Below are positions 11,639 to 23,575 of a stretch of 64,000 nucleotides of DNA, one piece after another. Position 1 is the first letter of the stretch, and each line of letters begins with the position of its first letter. The stretch is from the NCBI RefSeq assembly GCF_016432865.1, contig NC_067403.1, positions 245,272,001 to 245,336,000 on the forward strand, written 5' to 3'. Made by a program: the position numbers and the translations under genes. This DNA is from Antechinus flavipes (lineage: Eukaryota). The notes beneath the pieces were generated by a model. The model was not told the DNA's origin, ran no database searches, and saw nothing but the letters and a program-made list of their open reading frames with translations.

Positions 11639-12562
11639 ATGCCAGAGGAAAATCTCACATATGTGAAGGAATTCATTCTCCTAGGATTTTCTGACCTGCC
11701 CAATCTTCAAGGTTTTCTATTTGGAATATTCTCTGTCATCTACCTAAGTATACAGTTAGGAAATGGCCTCCTCATTGTTCTAATCAAGACAGATCCAGCT
11801 CTCCATACCCCTATGTATTTTTTCTTAGGGAACTTTTCCTTTTTGGAAATGTGTTACACATCAGTCACTCTGCCCAGAATGCTGGCAGATCTCTGGACCC
11901 AGAAGAGAACTATTTCCTTCCTGGCCTGTGCTGTACAAACTGGTTTCTTTTATATTTTTGGAGTGGCTGAGTGTCTTCTCCTAACTGTAATGGCTTATGA
12001 CCGTTATGTGGCAATCACTAAACCTCTCAATTATACTCTCATTATGAATCACAAAGTATGTGTCCAGCTGGTTGTGGCTTCTTGGCTGACTGGGGTCCCA
12101 GTCTTGATAGGTGAGACGTACCAGATTTTTTCTATCAACTTCTGTGGCCCTAACAAAATAAATCATGTTTTCTGTGATGCCCCACCTTTATTCCCATTAG
12201 CATGTACAAACACATATAATATAGAGGTCTCTGTCCATGTTGTGGCTCTACTCTTTGTTACAATTCCCTTTGTTTTGATACTTGCTTCCTATATCAAAAT
12301 CATTACTACAATAATGAAATTGCCCTCCACCTCAGGGAAATCCAAAGCCTTCTCCACTTGTTCTTCTCACCTAATGGTTGTTTGCTTTTTCTATGGGTCT
12401 GGAAGTATTGTGTATTTGCAGCCAAAATCCAGACAATCATCAGGATCCAGCAAAATGCTTGGTCTTTTCTACAATACTGTGACCCCAATGTTTAACCCCA
12501 TCATCTACAGTCTGAGAAATAAGGATGTCATTGCTGCACTGAGAAAACTACTTCCTAATTGA
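11639..12562 (+). CDS. OR10AG1-like: Olfactory receptor, OR10AG1-like (copy B), 307 aa, intact
   Basis: N-glycosylation site NLT, LHTPMYFFL, MAYDRYVAI, KAFSTCSSHL, PMFNPIIYSLRNKDV; close overall resemblance to the OR10AG1 family as recalled. Confidence 0.95.
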   Translation: MPEENLTYVKEFILLGFSDLPNLQGFLFGIFSVIYLSIQLGNGLLIVLIKTDPALHTPMYFFLGNFSFLEMCYTSVTLPRMLADLWTQKRTISFLACAVQTGFFYIFGVAECLLLTVMAYDRYVAITKPLNYTLIMNHKVCVQLVVASWLTGVPVLIGETYQIFSINFCGPNKINHVFCDAPPLFPLACTNTYNIEVSVHVVALLFVTIPFVLILASYIKIITTIMKLPSTSGKSKAFSTCSSHLMVVCFFYGSGSIVYLQPKSRQSSGSSKMLGLFYNTVTPMFNPIIYSLRNKDVIAALRKLLPN

Positions 12563-13119
12563 ATTCATGTATGGAGCAGTTAGTCAAATCTAAAAGGAAT
12601 TGTATTCTCTTCTGCCATACTTCCTAATAAAAAGAAAATTTATTTTTCCATTGCACTGAAATTGTACTAAAATGAATTTGTCAAGAGATTCTATTTGAAA
12701 ATACAGAACACTAACTCAAAATTTCAGTTTTCCTTAGTTCAATTGTGACTGAAGTGAAAAACTTTGTTTTATCTTAAATAGCAACAATGATCAACAGATA
12801 TTTTGAGTGCGATTTTACTGTGCTTTCTACTACTTTCCTATTAACATGGGGAAAAAAGACTTTTTTCTTTAAATATATCAATTTAAGTGTTTTTGCGTGT
12901 GTGATCGAGAGAGAACTTTCAAGAAAGATAGGAGTAAAGAGAGAAATACAGAGAAACAGAGAGAAAGATACAGAGATACATATAGAGACAGACACAGAAG
13001 GAGAGATAAGGAGCTATCTAAAAGCTTGTTTTTCAATTTCATAGTCCTTCAATATAGAACCATTAGTCATTTTGATTTTTAGCCTTATTATTCTCTTTTC
13101 AATTTATACAAAGATCTGT

Positions 13120-13301
13120 TTTTATTTTATTTTATTTTATATTTTATTAATATTATTATTATTTTTCTGAGGCAATTGGTGTTAAGTGATTTGCCCAGGG
13201 TCACAGAACTAGAAAGTGTTAAGTGTCTGAGAACAGATAAGAACTCAGGGCCTCCTGATTTCAAGGCTGGTGCTCTATTCACTGTACCATCTCGCTATCC
13301 C
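13120..13301 (-). mobile_element. WSINE1-like tRNA-derived SINE
   Basis: (TTA)n tail plus GAGGCAATTGGTGTTAAGTGATTTGCCCAGGGTCACAG...GAAAGTGTTAAGTGTCTGAG; paralog at 36941-37126. Confidence 0.8.
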
Positions 13302-14289
13302 TATATCTTCATTTTAACAATGCTCTCTTTCCATGTGCATTAAAATTATCTAAAATAATACTGGTGTATTTTCAGTCCCTTAACAGTTTCTAATAATCAG
13401 AAAACAATAAGTTTAATGAAGAAAATTTCACATAATTAAGAAGGAAAAAGAATGAGTATAACTATAAATGATTGGGAATATAAGCATTCTTTATCTTTAT
13501 GATGTAAATTCAGAGAATAATACATTTATAATAAACATTAGCTATTTGTTACAATTTGTACTAGAAATGAACTCTTCTTCCAATGACGAAAGTTCACTTT
13601 TTCATAAATATTTTACTAAATCTATAAGGTAGTACAACCTTTTGGATAGTTCTTATAATTAGGAGATTCTTCCCTTATGTCAAGCTTAAATTTCCTTCTA
13701 ACATTTCCTTATTCATTTTATTCTGTAGGTTCAAGCCAAATACTTCTAATACCCCTCTCTTCCATGAGACCTTCACTTTCATGAAGACAACTATCATTGG
13801 TACTTTCTATCTACTCCATTGTCACTACATGCAATTTTTTAATTCAAAACTTAAATCATATTCTGGATCCCTAAATTTACCCATTCACTTTCTTTAGCAT
13901 ATTTAATAACTAATCAGAGATTTTTTTTTTCAAAAGAGACAAGCAGAATGGAACATCACTTTTAATGACTGATCTAACAGAATTTATCTGTATTCAAGCT
14001 TTCTAATTCTGATTTTTATGGCACATTTTGTGCAGTCAGTTATTTCAACTGCTTTTATTGTCATGAGATTACTTTATTGTCATTGATAAAGACAACAATT
14101 CAGATATTTCTCTATCTCATTTCCTAAACTAATTCTGCATGTAATGTCAATATCAATACAAAACAAAACTAAAATAAAATAAAATAAAACAAAACCTCAA
14201 CAATATTGTACCTTAACAGTAACAAAAGCTTTCTGAAATTCAACCATAAGTTTTTTTTAATTTTGCCCTATGTAAATTGCATTTGGTTT

Positions 14290-14505
14290 ATTCACAGTGG
14301 CTAGAGCATTGAGACTGGAGTCAGGTAGTCTCATCATTCTGAATTCAAATCTGGCCTCAAACCCTTCCCAGTTAGACAAGACCCAGAACCCTGTTTGTCT
14401 CAGTTTCTTCATTTGGTAAAGGGAATGAAAAAATGACTATGATATCTCCTCCAAGAACATTTCAAATGAAGTCTCAAAGAGTCGCTATGACTAAAATGAC
14501 TGAAA
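14290..14505 (+). mobile_element. MAR1-like SINE (paralog ~38090-38300)
   Basis: GAGCATTGAGACTGGAGTCAGG...TTCAAATCTGGCCTCA...CAGTTTCTTCATTTGGTAAAG. Confidence 0.6.
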
Positions 14506-15059
14506 GACAGTTGCTGTTCTCTGATCTCTCCACTGAGAGGCAGTTGCATTGTCTGACCTATTTCCTCTTCCTTCTATATCCAATTTATTTCATTCCCAGT
14601 CCACAAGGAATATCTGCATTAGTAAAGGCTGCTTTGTAACTCCTTAAAGTTAATGATTCATAGCTGATGAGGTTCTCGGAGAATTGACCTGCCCCTTCAT
14701 CTAGTCATGGTCCTTAACAATTCCCTGTTTTTTTGTTTTATGGAAATGTGATTATTTTCCTCCCACAGCATAATCAATAAGTTTGTGCATTAACTTTTAT
14801 CTTAAGCCACATGCTTAGGTATCTGGGTCCACATGCTAGAGAGTGCAAACAGCACTATAGCAGGTATTGAAGCATGTGAGATATCATGGAGGCAAACTTT
14901 CAAATGGAGAAGAGGACTATGGTCAAAACAGGCAATTTTCATAAGTTCTTCATCAATATATTATTAAACATAGTATATTAATTCTACTTCTTAGATCATG
15001 TCTGCCTAGCCAACTACTGTGAATAGCTGTGTCATTTTTTGAAGGAGAAGGATTACGGG

Positions 15060-16260
15060 CATAATATATTACAAGATGCTATTTTTAGGTAAGCCAAGGA
15101 GCAAAAAGAAGGGAAACAATTGACCAGTGTCAAAAAGATGGGGAAAGGGAGCTGGGATTACCACCCTTGTCATCATGTCCATAATCCATCATTCATTACA
15201 CTACTCTGCTCTATAATGCAATAGGAGTGAACTGGTATATCATCCTCAGATTTGGGGTGCAAAGCTGATATAGAGAAGAAAATTTGGTTAAAATATCAGG
15301 AGTATTTCACTTTTCTAAATAAAATAAATAATTGAGTCATTATCATTTGTGATGATAACTATGGTGGCTAAAAAACTCGCTCATTTCTAATTATAATTCC
15401 CACAAGATGCATGAGTAAAAGGAATGTAAAATAGCATTTTACAGGCTTGAGAGATGAATGGGGATTTGCAATAGTTAAATAAATTACAAATTTTGAAGGA
15501 AGGATGAAACATGGCTTCATGACTCAAAATCCCAGATTTTTTTTAAATGTAATACCCCTTCATTAGGGGGTGTTCATGTTACTGGACTTTATTTGAGCCA
15601 GAATACCTTCCATCTCATTAAAATGTAATAAGTAGCAGGGGAGAGGTGATGTCCCCACAGAGCTAATAAAGGTAGAAATCATTTTATTTATAAAGGACAA
15701 AGTGACTGATGAAAGGGTCATTTTAAGTAGGGAATATGATCATTTTTGCAGGGCATACCTTTAATATGACATATTGTAATTTCATAATTGTGATATATTG
15801 TTATTCTTATGTGACAAATAGCTTAGTAAAGTACTGAACCAGCAGTAAAAAAGATACTGGATTCAAATGCTCACTCTCAAAATCATTGTGAATTTTTGAG
15901 CAAATCACTCAGATTGTTTGAATCTCAGTCTTCTAATCTGTAATATATAAATACCTGCAGTACAACCATTGAGTTCTGATGTGAGGGTTGGATAAAATAG
16001 CATCTGTTAACATCTTTGTAAGCATTAAAGAAATAAAAGGATGCCATTTATATGCTTATATTATTTTATTATATTCTTCAGATAAATAAGCAGCTGGATA
16101 TAACTAATTTCATCTAAGAAAGATATGTGTGAGCTCTTTTGCTGCCAATCCTTGAGCTTCTCTTACTTGAAATAAATTTATGGTTTGAACTCTCATTAAT
16201 CCATGAGTTCTCTGACAGGTCTGAATTTTATGACCCCTGTCAAAGATAGAGATTAAGTTC
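15060..16260 (+). promoter_or_regulatory. Orphan OR promoter/exon-1 unit with no downstream coding exon (paralog ~38860-40110)
   Basis: Colinear with 6960-8140 and 23990-25070. TCATTA sites at 15560 and 15615 and TCCCCACAG at 15652 are retained; the donor is mutated (AAG|ATATGT, 16123); cut by an L1. Confidence 0.65.
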
Positions 16261-16261
16261 A

Positions 16262-16567
16262 GAAAAAGGATATGAACAGACAATTTTCAGATGAAGAAAG
16301 TCATATGAAAAGGTCTTCCAAATCTATTGATTAGAGGAATGCAAATTAAGACAACTCTGAGATACTGCTACACACCTCCCAGATTGGCTAAGATGACAGG
16401 AAAAGATAATGGTGAATTTTGGAGGGGATGTGGGAAAACTGGGACACTGATACATTGTTGGTGGAAATGTGAACACATCCAACCATTCTAGAGAGCACTT
16501 TGGAACTATGCTCAAAAAGTTATCAAACTGTGCATACCCTTTGATCCAGCAGTGTTTGTACTGGGCT
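16262..16567 (+). mobile_element. 5'-truncated LINE-1 (ORF2 3' region), cut off by an LTR
   Basis: AAAGGATATGAACAGACAATTTTCAGATGAAGAAA...CCCTTTGATCCAGCAGTG; same insertion continues uninterrupted at 40115-41121. Confidence 0.85.
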
Positions 16568-17106
16568 TGTTATGCCACAGTTTTCTTTAACTGTCTTGAC
16601 TCAGTTTCCCTGTCTCAGTTTCCTTAACTGTTCTATCTCTGACCCAGTAAAACTAAGGATTATTCGCTCTAGGGTTATGAATTAGCAAGATAAAAGAGTA
16701 GATCTCCTGACTCTTTTACGGATTTACAATATCCCTTAAAATATTCCAAGATAACCTACGATATCTTTACTTCTTTGTCTCTGGATATTTTAGAGTTTTA
16801 TGGCTTCCCCTCCCTGATAAAAACTTTCCCTCCCTTTCTCTTCTTTGTCTCCAAAAAAGTATTTAAGAAGTTGGGGTTCCTCCATTCATGGCTGGAGAAT
16901 GGCATCTGGCAGCTGGATGCTGGACGCTGGATTCTTTGGGTCCTCCAGCCCTGGGACCAATATGGATTCCTTGGTCCCAGTATACTTATCTCTGTCTGAC
17001 TGGATAATCTGAGACGAGAGTCCTGTCCAGTCAATCTTACTCTCCCATTAATAAAATATTAAAAACTCTCTAATCTCTCTCCTACCTCAGTTTCTCTGGC
17101 ATTACA
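16568..17106 (+). repeat. 5' LTR of the Gln-PBS ERV
   Basis: TGTTATGCC...GCATTACA; AATAAA near 17050; direct repeat of 21242-21776. Confidence 0.9.
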
Positions 17107-20100
17107 ATTTGGAGGTCCCACCGAGATAATAGAAACTGAGAACTGAATTAGAGATTAGAGACCTTTCTGTCTCCACCTAGGCCTGGGCTCAGGACCTGGG
17201 TCTGTTCCTTGGGAAAAGCGGTTCTTCAGCCTCAGTCGGGCCTACAGTGGACAATGAAATCAATTCGGCATTTAATTCAGCATTCAGAAGAGTAAGTCTG
17301 TCTGGGTACCTTTTGGGGTACCATCTGGTTCTGGTTCTGGTTCTGGTCTGTTCTGTTGCTAGCAACCTGTGGTCTCAGAATAAATACCGAGGGGTTTAAA
17401 AATTCTGAGACAGGTATTTTCTGGGACGCTGGAAAATATCCTCTGGGTATGTGTTATATGTTTGTTTAATGTTGTAACTGTGTAGTCTGTGTGATATATG
17501 TTCTATGTTCTGTGTGGTTTGTTTGTCTGTTATGTTGTTGGTTGGAAAATTTTTTTTAAGAACAACGTTGCAGCTGTGCTTAGTAAATTGGAGCTCCACG
17601 TGTGTCTCTGTGTGTCCGTGTTAAAATTTAGGAAGCTTGTAAGAGATACAAACCTCTTGTGTTGCAGGCTTAGAAAATATCAAGAAGTTTGAAAAATCTT
17701 TCTCTCTCTCTGTCTCTGGCTGACTGCAGCATCCTGTGAGAAAAAGGGAGAAAAGGGAGAGAAAGGAAGAAAAAAAAAGGAAAAGAAAAAAATCGATTGA
17801 AAGGGATTTGAAAGTTTGGAAAGTTAATATACAGCAGTATGCTAACATTTAAAGGAAAGAAGTTTGAATAGAATATCTAGGCATTCTCTGTGAAGGCAGA
17901 GAAAAGCACTAAATGGGCTTGGAAGTTCACAGAAGCCCCTTTGGATTCTGGAAGGGAAAAAGGGAAACAAAACTTCTCTCTGAGGGTGGGGAATCCTGGA
18001 AAAAGCCCCTAGTCTGTTTTTGCTGATTTAAAAGCTTTGTTAAGTTTTAAGAACAATGATTAAGAAATTTGGAAATTGGTTGTTTGAAAATTTGCTTGTG
18101 ATTTTAAAACTTTTAACCTGTTGTACTAATTTTGTAAGTACATGGAATTTAGCTATTTTAAACGGACAGAAAAGGTTTTTTTTTTCCCCTTGAAACAAAG
18201 CTTACTGGAGTAAAGAGCAATAAAATTCAAGCTTAGCCTGGCCTGGGCAATAAAAAGCTCTGGAGATAAGATGCTAATAGCTGTTAGAAGAAATGTGGTA
18301 GAAGAAAAACTTTTAAAAACAACTGTATTAGTTTGATTCAGTTTGTTACCTTCTGAAATATATTGAGTTATTTGTTAACATAAGTTATACTTTAAAACCA
18401 GCCCTGCTGGACATGTATGGGTTTTGTGGAGGTTTGGGTTATTCACTATAGTGTGAATCTTACAGGTTTTTGAAGGAAAAAGGAAAGAGGAATGCAGGTG
18501 ATTTAGGAAGGACTGATTTGTAGGGGAAATTAGAGGTTTGCATGGTTTTAGGAAGGTGAAAGACTTTTGGGAGTAGATGAAGAAGTGGGGGAGGGAGCCT
18601 CCCACCCCCACTGCCTTCTGCTACTTTACCAAAGGAGCATCTGGGAAGGAAAGTTCTTTAAGGAGATTGTTCAAGTATGTAATCAGGGAGAAAGAGAAAG
18701 TTGGAAATGGGTGGATTTGGGAAGAAACCTGATCTTGGGAAACTGATGGGCTAAATCTTGAAAAGGATCACCATGTAGGAAATTGAGTGGGGAACCTGAG
18801 GGAAGTTTTTTCTAGGGGGTCAGGAGTGGGGGAAAGATGGCCATATGGAATCCTCTCCTCCCCTCATCCCGCTGAGTACGTTCCTGCCGTTTTTTTTTTT
18901 TTCCTTAACTGATTACAGCCAGTGCAGCAAACTGTGATTTTTAAGGACATGCTTACTTTTAGGTTAATTGATTGAATATTTGTTTCTTCATAAAGGTTTT
19001 CTTGGTTAAGAGATATGGTCATAAATGTGATCCATACTTTGGTCTGAGTATTTCTAAAAGTTTAATTGCTATGTTAAAAAAACCTTCTTGAATTCTTTTA
19101 TGTGGAATTGGGTGTTTTGTATAAATTTAAATTGATTGTATTGGGTCATCCTGACGTTATTTAAAGGGCCTCTGAATATAATAGTTTTTTCTTTGTCCTT
19201 TTGAAAATGTTTTTGTTATGGACAATATGCAATTTGGGATATTTTTCTATGTATTGGGTATTTTAAAAGCAAAATAATTTGTATGTATAATGTTCACTCA
19301 TGTAACATCTACTTAGATATGATAATTGTTCTAAGTTGTGAACTTATTGAGACAAAATTTCTTTCTGTTATTACTATAAGGTTAGGGTAAATCTTTGTTT
19401 AGGAGTTATCAGAAATTTGATGAATCACATCTGTTATTGGAGGTAAAAGTTTTTGGGCTTAGAATTAATTAGTTAATGCTATTTGGGAGTTTTAAAGCTC
19501 CACCCTCTGACAGTTACTGGGACAATTGATTGATAAGCTGTTAAAACTCAACTGCTTATGTTATGTTATAGTTATGTTCTTGCATTTTTCCTTCTGTAAC
19601 TGATCTCTCTGATCAGAGCAATGGTCAATAGAACTGTTAATGCAATTCAATTATGTCAAGCCTTGCTATTTTCAGTCTGGCTATATGTAATCATTGTATC
19701 CTAAATGCTTGGGCAACTAAGTATTTCGCCTGGTTATCTGTCTGTTACTGGATATTTGTGTTTTGTTCCTTTAAGATTTCTACATGATAAATGGACAATT
19801 AACAGGGGTCTGTAAGACTGCAGCCGTTTGCTTGGCCTGTAAAGCAAACTCGTCTCGTCACATAGGAAACTGCAGACCAATTTATTTTGGCCTCCTCGTA
19901 TTTTGCAACAGTCTGGTGAACTGAGTCTATCTGAGACTGATCTAATCTTTATGTGTTAGATTTGTGTTTTTGTTCTAGATTTTGGTCCAATTACAGATAT
20001 TGACTTGCTTCTGGAACCTGGATCAGCTTTGATCAGCTTTGATCAGCTTTGATTGTCACTACGGCACACACCCACTCTGCAAGGAATGAGAGCCTCCTAT

Positions 20101-21241
20101 CACTTCATAGCCTGAAGCAGCAGTTTTAAAAATGAGACCATGGACTGGACCCTGCATGGAGTGTACTTTGGACTGATATGAGGGACTTTGGGAATGGTTG
20201 ATGACTCACTGTTAAACCTTACCTGGATCATCTATTACTGTGTGTTTTAAGATTTGGGATGAGATTTGTTAAAACTGTGTAATTATTATGTTTGAGGGCT
20301 TTTAAGGAAATGCTACTGTATTAGTCTGTTATGTATAGGGATTTTGATTTGCTCTTGGAATTTATATGGGGAATGGTCATTTGATAATTCCTTTCCGTGA
20401 GAAAAAAAAGGGGGAGGTAGAGATAGAACATAGGGGAAACTGGTATATTTTTTTTCAAAATACCTGAAAGAATGGGAACCCCTAGCTCCTATTCACTTTG
20501 CCTTAAGCACTTTTGCCCCACCCCCATCTCACTAGTTCAGATTGAATTTGGATGTTTTAGCTTTGGAATCCCTTATTTTGTTAAAATTTCCCTGGCAGAC
20601 TCAGTTTTGGGGATTATTTTTTAGAAAAGTTTTAGAAATCAGACACCTGTCCTGACACTGGCAGTCTCTCTGATCTGTTTTTCCAGTCCTGTAACCCCAG
20701 TTCATTAAGTATTTCAGCATTTCAAAGGACCTTGAAGTTTGGCATGAAGCACCTAAAAAGTTTGGAGTTTGCCTGCCTTGATGGTCTAACTGTGCATAAT
20801 CTGCTCGGGAATCTGTATTCTAATAGCAGCCCTGTTTCTCTGGGTGGGGACGGGTGGAGCTACTACAAGCCTCATCCTTACCCCATGGAGAGGGCTGCCT
20901 CTCTGAATGGGCCTTGGACCCTGCTGCTTTGTAAGCAGAGACTGAGTTAAGTGCACAAATGACCACAGACCTAACTGTCCATCTCAAATTGGATTCTCTG
21001 GCTGAAGTGGTGCTCCAGAACTATAGAGGACCTGACATGCTTGCAACAAGGGAGCCTTTGTACAGCTGTTAACTCTGGGGTTATCAGGGAGAGACTTGCT
21101 CTTGCCATACGAGTCCTTACATTTTTCTAATTTTATTTTTGGCTCATTTGCTTTACATAAGGTGGGTCAAAGACCTCCTGGGTATCTAGAGGAAGGTGCT
21201 AAGATTCAAAGGTTTGAATATTTAGGAGAAAGAGTGTGGAA

Positions 21242-21776
21242 TGTTATGCCACAGTTTTCTTTAACTGTCCTGACTCAGTTTCCCTGTCTCAGTTTCCTTA
21301 ACTGTTCTATCTCTGACCCAGTAAAACTAAGGATTATTCGCTCTAGGGTTATGAATTAGCAAGATAAAAGAGTAGATCTCCTGACTCTTTTACGGATTTA
21401 CAATATCCCTTAAAATATTCCAAGATAACCCACGATATCTTTACTTCTTTGTCTCTGGATTTTTTAGAGTTTTATGGCTTCCCCTCCCTGATAAAAACTT
21501 TCCCTCCCTTTCTCTTCTTTGTCTCCAAAAAGGTATTTAAGAAGTTGGGGTTCCTCCATTCATGGCTGGAGAATGGCATCTGGCAGCTGGATGCTGGACG
21601 CTGGATTCTTGGGTCCTCCAGCCCTGGGACCAATATGGATTCCTTGGTCCCAGTATACTTATCTCTGTCTGACTGGATAATCTGAGACGAGAGTCCTGTC
21701 CAGTCAATCTTACTCTCCCATTAATAAAATATTAAAACTCTAATCTCTCTCCTGCCTCAGTTTCTCCGGCATTACA
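21242..21776 (+). repeat. 3' LTR of the Gln-PBS ERV
   Basis: Direct repeat of 16568-17106. Confidence 0.9.
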
Positions 21777-22785
21777 CCTATGCTCCCTCCAGGGAAAAAC
21801 TCTCGTGATTTAAGATTTAATGCTTTATGGCAAATGGACATCACCTATGTTAAGAGGCATAGCATCTATGTGACTATGGATATACATTCTCAATTCCTCA
21901 TGGCTTCAGTCCAATCTCAAGAAGCATTTAGGCATGTGATCAGTCATCTCTGTCATTATTTTTCCATTGTAGCGTCCCACATGCACTTAAGAGAGGTAAT
22001 GGACCAGCTTACACATCTGCTTTTAGGTCCTTTTGCTTTGAATTTGGCATTGCCCATTCCACCAGCATCCCATATAAACTTACTGGTCAAGCCATTATTG
22101 GACAGACTATTTGTACCCTCAAGATGCTCCTGTCTAAACAAGAAAAGGGTATGTTAGGATTTGCACAACTCTTTACAGGACTCAAGCAGGCTTACTTAGA
22201 TGCAGCAATGTGTACATACAATTGCCTGCAATTTTCATATTCTGTGGATCTTACCTCAGCAATGCACTTCTGGCACACGCAGAGAGCATGGCTAACTAAC
22301 AGTATGGCCAACAAGGACAAGAAACCTCTTTCGACAGTGATGTGGAAGGGCTTAGATGGCATCTGGAAGGGCCCAGGTTGAGTCAAGGTTTGGGGGCCCA
22401 AGTATGCTCTTGTCCCAGAAGCAGAGGAGTGGATCCCAACAAGAAACCTCTATGACCTGGGAAAACAAGAAGGACTAGATGATGAATGCATTGCTGACAA
22501 CAATGCCCCGCAAAATCAGCCAGATGTCAACAGCCCTTCAGATGCTAATGGCAACCATGTCCCTCCTGACTGTGATACCAGAGACAGCAGATGCAGCACC
22601 AGTGTAGCAGCTGAATTGGACTGTCCTGGGTGATGTGCAACACCTGGAGACTGACAGAACTGGACAATGGGCTTGTGTGCTTCTCCCATGACTACCTGTT
22701 ATTCATATGGTAGTCTGATAGGCTTTGCCCTGTTTTCCAATTATTGACAATGCCTCTAAATTAGTGGGTGAAAAATCAACACGCC

Positions 22786-23286
22786 TGTAATTGGCTGAGG
22801 CTTGAGTTGATGCACTGAAGTCCCAAGCATGTGAGGCTAAATAGTAATTGGACCATACTCTATTAATATATAAGCTTGGAGAAAGAATAGCCCCTGCCCA
22901 CTCTTTGTGCAAGTCCTGATGTGTTGTATAGGAAATGACATTTTTGGTGGGTGGAGGCAGGGGAGTGGAAAGGGAAGCAGAAGGAGACTGCTGGCTGGTA
23001 TCTTGTCACAGCTGCTCGCTTTGCTATTGTGACTACCCTTGACCTCCAATCCCCCTCTGTTAGCTGACTTCCTGTCTGCCCATATTGCTATTGCAATCCT
23101 TCTTCACTTCTACTGAGAATAAAGATTGAAGAATTTCCCCTTAACCTGAATTCCTGACTCTGGCTGATTTTAAATACACGGTTATCACATCTCCAAGCAT
23201 ATATATTAATAGAGTATGGTCCAATTACTATTTAGCCTCACATGCTTGGAACCTCAGTGCATCAACTCAAGCCTCAGCCCATTACA
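22786..23286 (+). mobile_element. Solo LTR (22786-23189) fused to an inverted copy of its first 97 bp (23190-23286), flanked by TSD CACGCC
   Basis: TGTAA...TATCACA with AATAAA at 23118-23123; arms 22786-22882 and 23190-23286 are inverted with 4 mismatches in 97 bp; CACGCC at 22780-22785 and 23287-23292. Confidence 0.88.
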
Positions 23287-23383
23287 CACGCCCACATGCC
23301 AAAGTTAGTGAGGCAGTGCTACAGGACATGACTTTTCTTGTATACACCTTCCTCTGTACCTTTCTTTACCAAAAGGTGTATAC

Positions 23384-23575
23384 CAGGGGTCTTCAAACTA
23401 CGGCCCGCAGGCTAGATACAGCAGCTGAGGATGTTTATCCCCCTCACCCAGGGCTATGAAATTTCTTTATTTAAAGGCCCACAAAACAAAGTTTTTGTTT
23501 TTACTATAGTCCGGCCCTCCAACAGTCTGAGGGACAGTGAACTGGCCCCCTATTTAAAAAGTTTGAGGACCCCTG
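23384..23575. mobile_element. Non-autonomous hAT DNA transposon, OposCharlie1/OC1-like MITE, 192 bp
   Basis: 16-bp TIRs CAGGGGTC(T/C)TCAAACT at both ends followed by ACGGCCCGC; the 8-bp TSD is only partly preserved (GTGTATAC / GATCATAT). Confidence 0.85.

Larger units (their letters stand above)
16568..21776 (+). mobile_element. Non-autonomous class I (gamma-like) ERV with two LTRs, tRNA-Gln PBS and non-coding AT-rich interior
   Basis: LTRs 16568-17106 and 21242-21776 (TG...CA; about 6 substitutions plus small indels by eye). PBS TGGAGGTCCCACCGAGAT at 17110-17127. Env remnant KLDSLAEVVLQNYRG near 20987-21031. Purine-rich tract before the 3' LTR. Confidence 0.88.

Noticed and set aside
11981-12488. 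Antisense and alternate-frame ORFs over OR genes (also 29062-29339, 35578-35883, 63061-63306)
   Set aside because: Short shadows of the coding strand, recurring only because the genes are paralogs.
18560-18880. Possible decayed gag zinc-knuckle region inside the Gln-PBS ERV
   Set aside because: No CX2CX4HX4C could be reconstructed by eye; would need tblastn.
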